From Candidatus Woesearchaeota archaeon (GTDB lineage Archaea > Nanobdellota > Nanobdellia > Woesearchaeales > WJKL01): a stretch of DNA of 45,978 bases. Of this stretch, positions 7,962 through 16,536 are shown piece by piece. Within the stretch, counting starts at the first letter, position 1. The number at the start of each line of letters is the position of its first letter. The notes below the pieces were generated by a model. That model was given only the letters and a program-made list of their open reading frames with translations. It was not told where the DNA came from and searched no databases. Location: NCBI GenBank assembly GCA_019322815.1, contig JAHWIB010000002.1:1-45978 (forward strand), in the 5' to 3' direction. The position numbers were made by a program, and so were the translations under genes.

Positions 7962-8540
7962 TATAAACATTCCTTTCACATTATCGCTTCCAGCTATTGC
8001 TATATAAGCAAGTCTTACACCAACATCTTCTATGCCAGCTGCATCAAATCTCATATCTGCTCCAAAACCTAATCCAATATTTGTATCTGATTCTTTATCA
8101 TGAACATTAAATGGAGCTGGAATATCAATTGTTGCAAATTCACTTAAAAAAGCAAGACCTCCTGTTAGATATATAGAAGGATTAATATCTCTTATCGGAT
8201 AAGTTGCATCTACTCTCAGTAAAAGACTATCTGTTTCCATATATTGTACTGATGAATGAAAATATTCTAAACTAGTTTCTAATCCTATTCTTTCTTTAGG
8301 AGAACCGCTAACTTTACCACTTACACCATAAGTTACACCAATTATAGCATAAACATTATCCTCTCTGTGTTCTTCTACTGCAGGATCATCTTCTGATTCT
8401 GCTGCAATAGGAGCAACCATACCTAATCTTGGTTCAACATACTGTTTTCTAACAGGCATACAACTAGCTACTAAAGCAGTTAATCCAGCTAATGCAAAAA
8501 TCTTCACTTTTCTGACTAATGAATCAATTCCCATTTTCAA
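7938..8540 (-). CDS. lipobox-containing small beta-barrel protein resembling bacterial 8-stranded outer-membrane proteins
   Basis: Signal peptide with lipobox LTALVAS-C. About 7-8 amphipathic beta-strand segments (YAIIGVTYGVSG, IGLGFGADMRF, VGVRLAYIAIAG). C-terminus GMFILTGGYKF ends in Phe. 4-nt ATGA overlap with the 1378-aa gene. Confidence 0.5.
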   Translation of the reverse strand: MKMGIDSLVRKVKIFALAGLTALVASCMPVRKQYVEPRLGMVAPIAAESEDDPAVEEHREDNVYAIIGVTYGVSGKVSGSPKERIGLETSLEYFHSSVQYMETDSLLLRVDATYPIRDINPSIYLTGGLAFLSEFATIDIPAPFNVHDKESDTNIGLGFGADMRFDAAGIEDVGVRLAYIAIAGSDNVKGMFILTGGYKF

Positions 8541-11500
8541 ATGCAGTATTCATAACAATTTCCAAAATTACATACTTTTATACAATTAATACAAACTCCA
8601 TTTTCACATTTATATGCACAGTTTTCTTTTGTCTGTTCAGCATCAGTAAAATTACAAAAAGAACCTGCAGTTCCAGGATTACTGCATGTATAATTTCTAT
8701 AACTACTAATTACATCATTTCCATTGCAATAATAACTTGTCTCTAACCATTCATCTGTTCCGCATTCTGAATCAGTATAACACTCTATCGAAACGCAGGC
8801 GCCTGATTCGCAGTTATCAATACAATCTTCTTTTAATTGATTTTCATCGTTGCTGACACAATAAGCGCCACTGCTGTTGCTTTCACATACATTAGTTCTA
8901 TATGTCTGCCATAAATCATCTCCGCTGCAATAAGGACTGCCTATCCATCCGCTTGTTCCGCAGTCTTGCTTTAGTTGATCATTATCAAAATAAGTACAAG
9001 AAGAGCTGGATGTTCCAGGATTGTTGCATGTCCATGTTCTATAAATATCTCGAACATCATCTCCATTACAATATTCAACTTCAATAAATCCATCTGTTCC
9101 GCAGTCAGAATCTAAAGAACAAATTACATCAGAATACTCTTGCCATGCAAGACCAGTTGGATGCTGTCCCTGTGAACTAAAACTATCAATGACAGTTCCA
9201 TCTGTTGTTATTTTGTAAATTATTTCATTTACATTATCCGTATTCCACAAATAAGTACCATCCCATGCCAAACCCCATGAATAAGTTCCAGGAGCATCAA
9301 AACTTGTTGCAACTGCTCCGCTTGTTGTTAATTTATAGATATCTCCATTAATAGAACCATCAGCACTCCACAAATAAGTACCATCCCATGCCAGCCCAGT
9401 TGGATAAGTTCCAGGGCTGTCAAAACTATCAACAACAGTTCCACTTGTTGTTAATTTATATATCATATCAACATCAGTATCAGTATGCCACAAGTATGTT
9501 CCATCCCATGCCAAACCAGAAGGAGATGTTCCAGGAGCATCAAAACTATCAACAACAATTCCATTTACATCTATTTTGTGTATTTTGTCATTATTATTAT
9601 CAGCATGCCATAAATATGCTCCATCCCATGCCAAACCCCTTGGCTGTGTTCCAGGAGCATCAAAACTATCTATTAAATTACCATTATCATCTAATCTGTA
9701 AATAGTATCAGTAGTTGAGATTGAGTCAGCGCTCCATAAATAATCTTCTTCTAAACAACTTCCTCCTGCACAATCCTCCCTGCATGTTTGTTTTAATTGT
9801 TCTGTTTCAGTAAAACTACAAGAAGCAGATGCAGTTCCAGGATTATTACATATATGTTCTCTAAATGTATTCCATACTTGTAATCCATTACAGTATGAAT
9901 TATCTAACCAGATATCTTCACCACAATCTAGGTCACTATAACATTCTACTGTAACACAATTTCCTTCTAAACAAGTGTCTATACAATCCTGTTTTAACTG
10001 ACCAGCATCAGTATGACTGCATGAAGCGCTTGCAGTTCCAGGATTATTGCAGTTCCATGTTCTATAATCTTCCCAAACATCATCTCCATTGCAATATTCA
10101 TTGCCTAACAAACCATCTGTTCCGCAGTCATTATCATCAAAACAAGCAATATCAGTGCAAACTCCATTTGAACAAGTGACAGGACAGTTTATTATTATCT
10201 GATCAGTATCAATATAACTACATGAAGCAGAAATAGTTCCAGGGTTATTGCAATGATAATTTCTATAGATATTCCATACATCTTCATTCTTACAGTAGTT
10301 TCCTAACCATCCATCTGTCCCGCAGTCAGAATCTGAATCACATTCTATAAATAGTTCATAAGCAAGGCCCCATGCACTAGACCCAGGAGCATCAAAACTT
10401 GTTGCAACTGCTCCGCTTGTTGTTAATTTATAGATTTTATTATTATCTCCATCAACATTCCAAAAATATTCTCCATCCCATGCCAGCCCCCTTGGTTGTG
10501 TTCCAGGAGAAGCAAAGCCAGTTGGAGATGCAAGATTATACCAATAAATCATATCATCATTTCTGTCTGCATTGTATAATTCAGTTCCATTCCATGCCAA
10601 GCCTGTTGATAAAGTGCCTATTGTGTTATAACTGTCAACAAATGTTCCGTCAGTTGTTATTTTATATGACATTGTATCAGATGTATACCATAAATATATT
10701 CCATCAAAAGCTAACCCATTTGGCAGGATTAAATCTTTTGTTAAGAAACTATCCACAACAGTGCCGTCAGTTGTTAATTTATATACTGTTCTGTCTAACA
10801 GATCAGCACACCATAAATATGTTCCATCAAAAGCTAAATCAGTTGGAGTAGCTCCAGGAGAAGGAAAGCTGTTGATAACAACACCATCTTTTGTTAATTT
10901 GTATATTGTATCATCCACATTATCAGAAAGCCATAAATGATTCTCATCATCACAAGAACCGCTGATACATGCATTTGTACAGGTTTTCTTTAATTGATCA
11001 TTATCAGAATATGAACATGATGCACTTAAAGTTCCAGGATTAGAACAGGTATAAATTCTGTAATCATCCCAAACTTCTGTTCCATTGCAATAGCTGTTGC
11101 CCATCCATCTGTCTGTTCCGCAGTCATCATCATCAAAACAAGCAGGAATCTGGCATGCTCCTGCACTGCAGCTGTAAGTGCATGTTTCTTTTGTTTGATC
11201 AACATCAGTATGACCGCAAGAAGCGCTTGCAGTTCCAGGATTAGAGCAGGTATAAGTTCTGTAAGTATCTATAACATCTAATCCAATACAATATTCATTA
11301 CCTAACCAATCATCTGTCCCGCAGTCATCATTATCATAACAAGCAATTGTTGAACAAACTCCACTTAAACAAGTGGTTGGACAATTTTGTTTTAATTGAG
11401 CATTATCAGAATATGAACATGAAGCAGAGGTTGTTCCAGGATTAGAGCAGGTATAAATTCTATAATAATCCCAAACATCATCTCCATTGCAGTAGTTGCT

Positions 11501-12673
11501 TCCAACAAATCCATCTGTCCCGCAGTCAGAATCACTGTCACATTCGATTACACAGCTTCCTGAAGAACATCCATTTGGACAGCTTTCACGCTCTTGGTCG
11601 CTGTTTGTATATCCGCAGTAAGAGCTTGCAGTTCCAGGATTATAGCATTTATCTTCTCTCCATATATCCCATACATCTCCTCCTGAACAATATTCATTAT
11701 TTACCCACCAGCCTCCTGTTCCGCAGTCAGAATCTGAATTGCATTCAACAGCACAAGTACCTCCTGAGCATGTAATGCAGCTTTCTTTTAATTGTTCCTG
11801 GTCAGAGTAGCTGCAGGAAGAGCTAGGTGTTCCAGGGTTATAGCATGTCCATGTTCTATAAGTCTGATAAACATCATCTCCGCTGCAATAAGGAGCATTT
11901 ATCCATCCGCTTGTTCCGCAGTCAGAATCTGAATCACATGCAACACCCTGGCAGCTTGGATTATTATCAATACACATTTCATCTGAATTGCAGTTATCAT
12001 AAACAGTCCAGGAATCCCACTGCAGAGAGCCGCTGCAGCTGGAGCTGCTGCCGCTGCAGTACCTGTCAGCATGCTGAATCCCTACATCATCTCCAGGGCT
12101 TGTTCCCCAAGGGCAGCCATAATCTGTTTGAACATTATCAGCACATTTATAAGAACTAGGCCTAAAATTACAGCTTGATAAATCGCAGCAGACTCCGCTT
12201 CCGCATTGTCCAAAAGTTATATCAATATCTTTTGTTGAAGTTGAGCATTCTCCGTCATAAGGGCCGTTATGCGGAATAATATATCCATATATTTCAATTG
12301 TATCTCCTTCTATACCTCCGGCAAAATCACTTAATCTTACATTAAATTTATGGCTGTAATCAACATAACTGCAGAACATCGGAGCTTCAACAGCCTGGTA
12401 ATCACCATTATATTGATCTATTAAATCATCTGAACTAGACCAGTCCTCTTCATAAAGATAGAAATCTATTTCTACTACTCCAAAATTAGCGCCGCACCAA
12501 GTCGCTTCATCTGTGTCCATATAATATCTTCCGCTGACAATAACATCAACATATTCTCCATTGCAGGCATTAGATTGGACAGATATAGTTTGAGTGCCGC
12601 ATGTAGTAGCATAAGCAATACTTAAACTGAATAGAAATACTATTATTCCAATTAAGAATAATCTTTTCTTCAT
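8537..12673 (-). CDS. giant secreted protein: about 11 Cys-rich repeats (~66 aa, 8 Cys each) interleaved with two beta-propeller-like blade arrays
   Basis: Sec signal MKKRLFLIGIIVFLFSLSIAYA. Repeat consensus C-x-S-D-S-D-C-G-T-D-G-W-x5-Y-C-x-G-D-D-V-W-x3-R-x-Y-x-C-x-N-P-G-T-x-S-A-S-C-x11-C-x3-C-x3-C occupies aa 245-575, 776-976 and 1184-1362. Blades of ~43 aa (IYKLTTxGxVVDSFxxPGxxPxGLAWDGTYLW) occupy aa 578-773 and 978-1180. Confidence 0.85.
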   Translation of the reverse strand: MKKRLFLIGIIVFLFSLSIAYATTCGTQTISVQSNACNGEYVDVIVSGRYYMDTDEATWCGANFGVVEIDFYLYEEDWSSSDDLIDQYNGDYQAVEAPMFCSYVDYSHKFNVRLSDFAGGIEGDTIEIYGYIIPHNGPYDGECSTSTKDIDITFGQCGSGVCCDLSSCNFRPSSYKCADNVQTDYGCPWGTSPGDDVGIQHADRYCSGSSSSCSGSLQWDSWTVYDNCNSDEMCIDNNPSCQGVACDSDSDCGTSGWINAPYCSGDDVYQTYRTWTCYNPGTPSSSCSYSDQEQLKESCITCSGGTCAVECNSDSDCGTGGWWVNNEYCSGGDVWDIWREDKCYNPGTASSYCGYTNSDQERESCPNGCSSGSCVIECDSDSDCGTDGFVGSNYCNGDDVWDYYRIYTCSNPGTTSASCSYSDNAQLKQNCPTTCLSGVCSTIACYDNDDCGTDDWLGNEYCIGLDVIDTYRTYTCSNPGTASASCGHTDVDQTKETCTYSCSAGACQIPACFDDDDCGTDRWMGNSYCNGTEVWDDYRIYTCSNPGTLSASCSYSDNDQLKKTCTNACISGSCDDENHLWLSDNVDDTIYKLTKDGVVINSFPSPGATPTDLAFDGTYLWCADLLDRTVYKLTTDGTVVDSFLTKDLILPNGLAFDGIYLWYTSDTMSYKITTDGTFVDSYNTIGTLSTGLAWNGTELYNADRNDDMIYWYNLASPTGFASPGTQPRGLAWDGEYFWNVDGDNNKIYKLTTSGAVATSFDAPGSSAWGLAYELFIECDSDSDCGTDGWLGNYCKNEDVWNIYRNYHCNNPGTISASCSYIDTDQIIINCPVTCSNGVCTDIACFDDNDCGTDGLLGNEYCNGDDVWEDYRTWNCNNPGTASASCSHTDAGQLKQDCIDTCLEGNCVTVECYSDLDCGEDIWLDNSYCNGLQVWNTFREHICNNPGTASASCSFTETEQLKQTCREDCAGGSCLEEDYLWSADSISTTDTIYRLDDNGNLIDSFDAPGTQPRGLAWDGAYLWHADNNNDKIHKIDVNGIVVDSFDAPGTSPSGLAWDGTYLWHTDTDVDMIYKLTTSGTVVDSFDSPGTYPTGLAWDGTYLWSADGSINGDIYKLTTSGAVATSFDAPGTYSWGLAWDGTYLWNTDNVNEIIYKITTDGTVIDSFSSQGQHPTGLAWQEYSDVICSLDSDCGTDGFIEVEYCNGDDVRDIYRTWTCNNPGTSSSSCTYFDNDQLKQDCGTSGWIGSPYCSGDDLWQTYRTNVCESNSSGAYCVSNDENQLKEDCIDNCESGACVSIECYTDSECGTDEWLETSYYCNGNDVISSYRNYTCSNPGTAGSFCNFTDAEQTKENCAYKCENGVCINCIKVCNFGNCYEYCI
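8588..11941 (-). repeat. Intragenic coding repeats (~200-bp Cys-rich units and ~130-bp blade units)
   Basis: Recurrent DNA strings such as CCAGGATTAGAGCAGGTATAA near 11040, 11235 and 11440. An exact 53-nt duplicate sits at 9288-9340 and 10383-10435. Confidence 0.8.
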
Positions 12674-12753
12674 CCCCCAACATAATTAGCTAAGATTTAA
12701 AATTATTTAAAATTAATGTTTTTAATAATATAAAAAAAGAAAAAAGATATAAT

Positions 12754-14121
12754 TTATCTTCTTAACAGCAGCACAATAAGCAGAGTAATTGAGCCGATTG
12801 CTGCTACAATTGCAACTATTAACAAGACAATGTAAGCAGTGCTGTCTTTGAATGAGGTTTCTACTGATTCAGTTACTCCAAATTCCTGCAGTATATAATC
12901 TGGAACATTTTCATCATATAGATCATCTGCTGAATCATCTTCTTCATCTGATTCTTCTTCATCTGCTGAATCATCTTCTTCATCTTCCTGTGGTCTTGTT
13001 GCACAGTCTTGGATTATTAAATCAACATCAACCTCATCGCTATGCACATCTTCACTAAAAAATACAGTGACTGAGACTGGGTAAGTGCCTGCATAAGCAT
13101 CTTCATCTATGTTTATATTAAATGAAGTTTCATACTCATTATCTCCGTCAGGATCTGATTCTAATTCAGGAACATTTGTCTTGCGCATATTGATTCCAAG
13201 AGCATCGTTTTCAACTAGTATTTCTACTTCATCTTCATCTCTTGCTCCAATATTTAATACTTCAACTTCAAGTCTTGTATCCCTTGTGCAGCTTAAAGTG
13301 TCTCTCATAAATTCAGCTCTTTGGATTAATACTTGGTGTGATTTTTTACTAATATCAACATCAAACTCAAAACTGAGTCCTTGGTCATTTCCATCTTCAT
13401 CCTCAGCCTCTATATCTATAGTTAAATCATATACTCCATCTTCAACTATCAGAGGGATTTCAAATACCAGCTCAATAGGATCATCTTCCTCTGCTCTTAG
13501 TCTATTAATATCAGCAGTATCATCAATATCGCTTCCATCATCAACTTCTTCCAGTACTCCTTCGATCTCTATATCTTCAATATCAATATCATGTGTATCT
13601 TCATCATACATATTCTTTAATTCAATAAATACTTTGATTTCGCTGCCAGGATATATGTCATCTTCTATATCACATATAGTATCAACACAGTCTTCATCAA
13701 TGCCAGAATGCTTGTCTCCATCAACATATACTTTAAGATCATTAACAATTAATTTTGGATACTTGACATTTACTGTTCTGTTTGCAGATGCAAAAACTGA
13801 ATTAGCTTCGCTGTCAGTGCATTCTACATTCCATAAGAATGATGTCTCATCATCTATTCCTGTTCTTGTAAAACTATTAGCACCCATTGAGATGCTTGTA
13901 TCAGTAGCAGTTAGAGCCCAAACACTAGAAATATTTGTCCACAAATCACATTTTGTGATATTATTTAAATCATCGCTGACAGTATATTCAAAAGTTACAT
14001 CACCATCATTATCATCATAATTATCTGAAGGACCTGTTAATGTAACTAGAGGTGGAGCAGCATATGCAATCAAAGCTCCTATAACTATCATAAAAATTGC
14101 TATTAATAAACCTTTTTTCAT
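12754..14121 (-). CDS. highly acidic secreted protein with a C-terminal transmembrane anchor (Ig/CARDB-like modules possible)
   Basis: Likely start is ATG 14121 (GGAGGG SD upstream), giving MKKGLLIAIFMIVIGALIAYA. It has long Asp/Glu runs and ends in a hydrophobic helix plus LLLRR. The ORF-track extension to 14166 is probably spurious. Confidence 0.7.
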   Translation of the reverse strand: MKKGLLIAIFMIVIGALIAYAAPPLVTLTGPSDNYDDNDGDVTFEYTVSDDLNNITKCDLWTNISSVWALTATDTSISMGANSFTRTGIDDETSFLWNVECTDSEANSVFASANRTVNVKYPKLIVNDLKVYVDGDKHSGIDEDCVDTICDIEDDIYPGSEIKVFIELKNMYDEDTHDIDIEDIEIEGVLEEVDDGSDIDDTADINRLRAEEDDPIELVFEIPLIVEDGVYDLTIDIEAEDEDGNDQGLSFEFDVDISKKSHQVLIQRAEFMRDTLSCTRDTRLEVEVLNIGARDEDEVEILVENDALGINMRKTNVPELESDPDGDNEYETSFNINIDEDAYAGTYPVSVTVFFSEDVHSDEVDVDLIIQDCATRPQEDEEDDSADEEESDEEDDSADDLYDENVPDYILQEFGVTESVETSFKDSTAYIVLLIVAIVAAIGSITLLIVLLLRR

Positions 14122-14295
14122 TTTATTGACCCTCCAATATCTTAAATATAAATTTATAATCCTCAAATATAAGTTTTTATTCTATAGTAATAACAGTTAT
14201 TTATAAATATTTTGGTTTTTAATATAATATAAAAATCAAAGAATAAACTTAATATTTTGAAATTTTTTTTAATTTAATAACTTATTTTAATATTA

Positions 14296-14754
14296 TCATT
14301 TATTGCCATAATAAAATATCTTATCTACAGCAACATCATTTGGATTTATTTTTCCTGTTCTTTGATTTGTTTCATTCTTCTTTGCTTTTAATTTTTGCTG
14401 TACAGGCTCTTTTGGATCATCTTCCTCTGTTTTTTCAACAGATTTTACAACTTTTAGAACAGATATTTCATTTTTTAATTTCCTGACTTCAGATGATAAT
14501 AATTCAATCTCTTTCTTAAAAGCATTCAGCTGCTGCAGTGTATATTCTTTTGTTCTTGTGATTATATTCTTATAATATTCTAGATTATCTTTTGCAGCAG
14601 CACTGCCGTCTTCTTTGACTTCTTGCTTGCCAACAATTTCTTTGTTTAATATTCTTTGAGCTTCTTTGATAGCATCTTCTCTTGAACTCATCATTCCTTG
14701 TTCAAGCAAATCCTGAGCTAATCTATTAACCTTTTGGACATCTTCAATGCTCAT
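14296..14754 (-). CDS. coiled-coil protein, paralogous N-terminal motif (B)
   Basis: N-terminus IEDVQKVNRLAQDLLEQGMMSSREDAIKEAQRIL aligns with the upstream gene's N-terminus. Heptad-rich middle. ATGA overlap with the upstream gene. Confidence 0.55.
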   Translation of the reverse strand: MSIEDVQKVNRLAQDLLEQGMMSSREDAIKEAQRILNKEIVGKQEVKEDGSAAAKDNLEYYKNIITRTKEYTLQQLNAFKKEIELLSSEVRKLKNEISVLKVVKSVEKTEEDDPKEPVQQKLKAKKNETNQRTGKINPNDVAVDKIFYYGNK

Positions 14755-15218
14755 TCTTTTTCTGCCTCTTCAACATCTTCTTTTAACTCTTCAATCTCTT
14801 TTTTCAGTTCTTCTATTCTTTTTGAATTGCCGCCTTCTTCCATCTTTTTTATATGGCTTTTTATTTCACTGGCTTCTTCTTTCATCTCATCTATTTTTTC
14901 TTCTCTTTCAACCTCTTCAACCAGTTCTTCTGCACCTTCTTCAGGCCTTTCAGCAGGTTTTTCTTCTCTTTTCTTAATATGCAAAACTTCTTCAACTTCT
15001 TCTAGTCTATGCTTTATTCTTTCTTTAGGGCTGATCCTGATTTTTTCTTCAACTAATTCTTCAGTGCTTGGCGGCTGCTTGCTTACTTCCTCTATGCTTT
15101 CTTCGCCTTTTTCTATCATATCTTCAGCCATTTTAACAGCTTCATCCATTGTCTCTGCCATGCCGCTTTCTTTTAAGGCCTTTGCCAATTTATTGATTCT
15201 ATTGATTTTTTCAAACAT
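14751..15218 (-). CDS. Glu/Lys-rich coiled-coil protein, paralogous N-terminal motif (A)
   Basis: Likely start is ATG 15218 (GGAG SD 7 nt upstream), giving MFEKINRINKLAKALKESGMAETMDEAVKMAEDMI. The rest is charged and helical. Confidence 0.55.
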   Translation of the reverse strand: MFEKINRINKLAKALKESGMAETMDEAVKMAEDMIEKGEESIEEVSKQPPSTEELVEEKIRISPKERIKHRLEEVEEVLHIKKREEKPAERPEEGAEELVEEVEREEKIDEMKEEASEIKSHIKKMEEGGNSKRIEELKKEIEELKEDVEEAEKE

Positions 15219-15219
15219 T

Positions 15220-15732
15220 TTAATCTCCTTCAACAGTTGTAGTAAAAATATCTCCTTTTGCTTGATATATTCTTTTACCTTCTTTATTTTTTTTGATATT
15301 TAAAATTTTTCCGATTATAATTATATGATCTCCGGAATCAATTTCATTTACAACATGGCATTCTAAAAAAGCCAAAGCCTGTTTTATTCTGCAGCAGTCA
15401 ATCCTGTCTGCTTCTTCTTTTTCAAGCCCTATCTCTTTGAATTTATCCATGTGTTCTCCGCTGTTCCTTCCGCAGAACAAAACTTCTTTCTCAAGCTTAG
15501 TTGGCATGAAATTAACAACAAAGACACTGCTTTCTCTTATAAGTTTTAATGAATATTTTCCTTTCCCAATTGCTATTGCATATAATGGAGGATCATTGCT
15601 TATGGGCATATGCCATGATAAAGTCAAAACATTGTCCTTGATCTCTTTTTCAGGAGAGAATTTTGATTTTGTTTCTCCTCTGCAGCTGACAAGAATTACC
15701 TGTCTAGGATATGCAACATCTCTTATTTCCAT
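15220..15732 (-). CDS. flavin reductase-like (FMN-binding split-barrel) domain protein
   Basis: QVILVSCRGE...NVLTLSWHMPISNDPPLYAIAIGKGKYSLKLIRESSVFVVNF matches the Flavin_Reduct domain pattern. Confidence 0.65.
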   Translation of the reverse strand: MEIRDVAYPRQVILVSCRGETKSKFSPEKEIKDNVLTLSWHMPISNDPPLYAIAIGKGKYSLKLIRESSVFVVNFMPTKLEKEVLFCGRNSGEHMDKFKEIGLEKEEADRIDCCRIKQALAFLECHVVNEIDSGDHIIIIGKILNIKKNKEGKRIYQAKGDIFTTTVEGD

Positions 15733-15831
15733 CTTTTATTTTTATTTGGAATTAATGTTTAAATATTTTTTGTTAAACTACTTTTTTTGAATATAAATAA
15801 TTTTATATATAGCTTCCTGAGCGAAGTTTAT

Positions 15832-16536
15832 ATGGCAGAAGAGCCCCTGAGAGAAACGCTTTTTAGTCTGGAGGAAAGATTTACTGAATTATGCAGAGGA
15901 ATAGGCCATACAAATCCAAAATATGTTTTTGATTTTATTCAAAAGCTTCATACAAGGCCAGGCAGATACCATCATAATTTAGAGCTTTTAAGAAGAAGCC
16001 TTAATGAATTTTATGAAGCAGTGCATTTAGCAGAGAACCCTGCAGCAGTCGAAGTTGCTTTGTTCTTCAAGGATTTAATATTTGAACATTATTTAAATGA
16101 CAACAAGCAGAGAAGTGCCAGATATGCTCTTCATTATTTGAAGGGAATGGGAGTTGAAAGAGATCTAGCTTATTATGTTTTTGATTTGGTTTTTGTAGCA
16201 GACCCTAATAATAGATATTCAGGAGACCGTAAACACAGGCCCTGCACTATTGATCAAAAGATTGTTGCTGATATTGATTCTTCTGCCTTAGGATTATCTC
16301 CTGAAGCTTATGCTCAATATGAAGACAATATAAAAAGAGAATATTTTGCAAATGCTAATAGTAGAATCTCTGAAAGAGATTTTCAGACGCAAAGAATTAT
16401 ATTCCTTCAAGGGTTTTTGGATGTTCCTAATATTTTTTTGACTGAATTTTTCAGAAAAAAATACGAAAAACAGGCTCAAGAAAATGTAACTGGAAAAGTA
16501 ACTGAATTAAAAGAACAATTAGGCTATGAAGATTAG
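15832..16536 (+). CDS. COG4339-type HD-related protein (predicted metal-dependent phosphohydrolase family, divergent)
   Basis: RPGRYHHNLELL and the C-terminal DIDSSALGL...Y..YEDNIKREY...R..FLQGFL...IFLTEFF....E.QA.EN pattern resemble COG4339 proteins. ATG 15832 lies 30 nt after TTTATATAT (15802-15810), suggesting a leaderless start. Confidence 0.45.
   Translation: MAEEPLRETLFSLEERFTELCRGIGHTNPKYVFDFIQKLHTRPGRYHHNLELLRRSLNEFYEAVHLAENPAAVEVALFFKDLIFEHYLNDNKQRSARYALHYLKGMGVERDLAYYVFDLVFVADPNNRYSGDRKHRPCTIDQKIVADIDSSALGLSPEAYAQYEDNIKREYFANANSRISERDFQTQRIIFLQGFLDVPNIFLTEFFRKKYEKQAQENVTGKVTELKEQLGYED

Noticed and set aside
7938-8540. The OMP-like barrel as evidence that the whole contig is bacterial
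   Set aside because: The contig also carries TYW3/Taw3 (archaea/eukaryotes only), an AbrB-PhoU fusion, TATA-box promoters about 25-65 nt upstream of starts, and oligo-T terminators. Archaeal origin remains an inference, and a chimeric assembly cannot be excluded.
8588-11941. Regularly spaced DNA repeats that could suggest a CRISPR array
   Set aside because: The repeats are about 130-200 bp, imperfect, and lie in one uninterrupted 4.1-kb ORF encoding protein repeats. There is no short repeat/spacer structure and no cas genes.
9388-12159. Several 60-150-aa + strand ORFs (9388-9705, 10399-10851, 11575-11775, 11827-12159)
   Set aside because: All lie inside and antisense to the 1378-aa gene. 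Their His/Gln/Tyr-rich low-complexity products mirror its repeats.
13109-14020. 303-aa Ser/Ile-rich ORF on the + strand
   Set aside because: It is the antisense shadow of the Asp/Glu-rich gene 12754-14121 (GAA/GAT codons read as TTC/ATC/TCx). The composition is low-complexity, and there is no SD or promoter.
14734-15303. 189-aa and 76-aa Ser/Phe/Leu-rich + strand ORFs
   Set aside because: They are antisense to the Glu/Lys-rich coiled-coil genes. This is the typical complementary-strand artefact.
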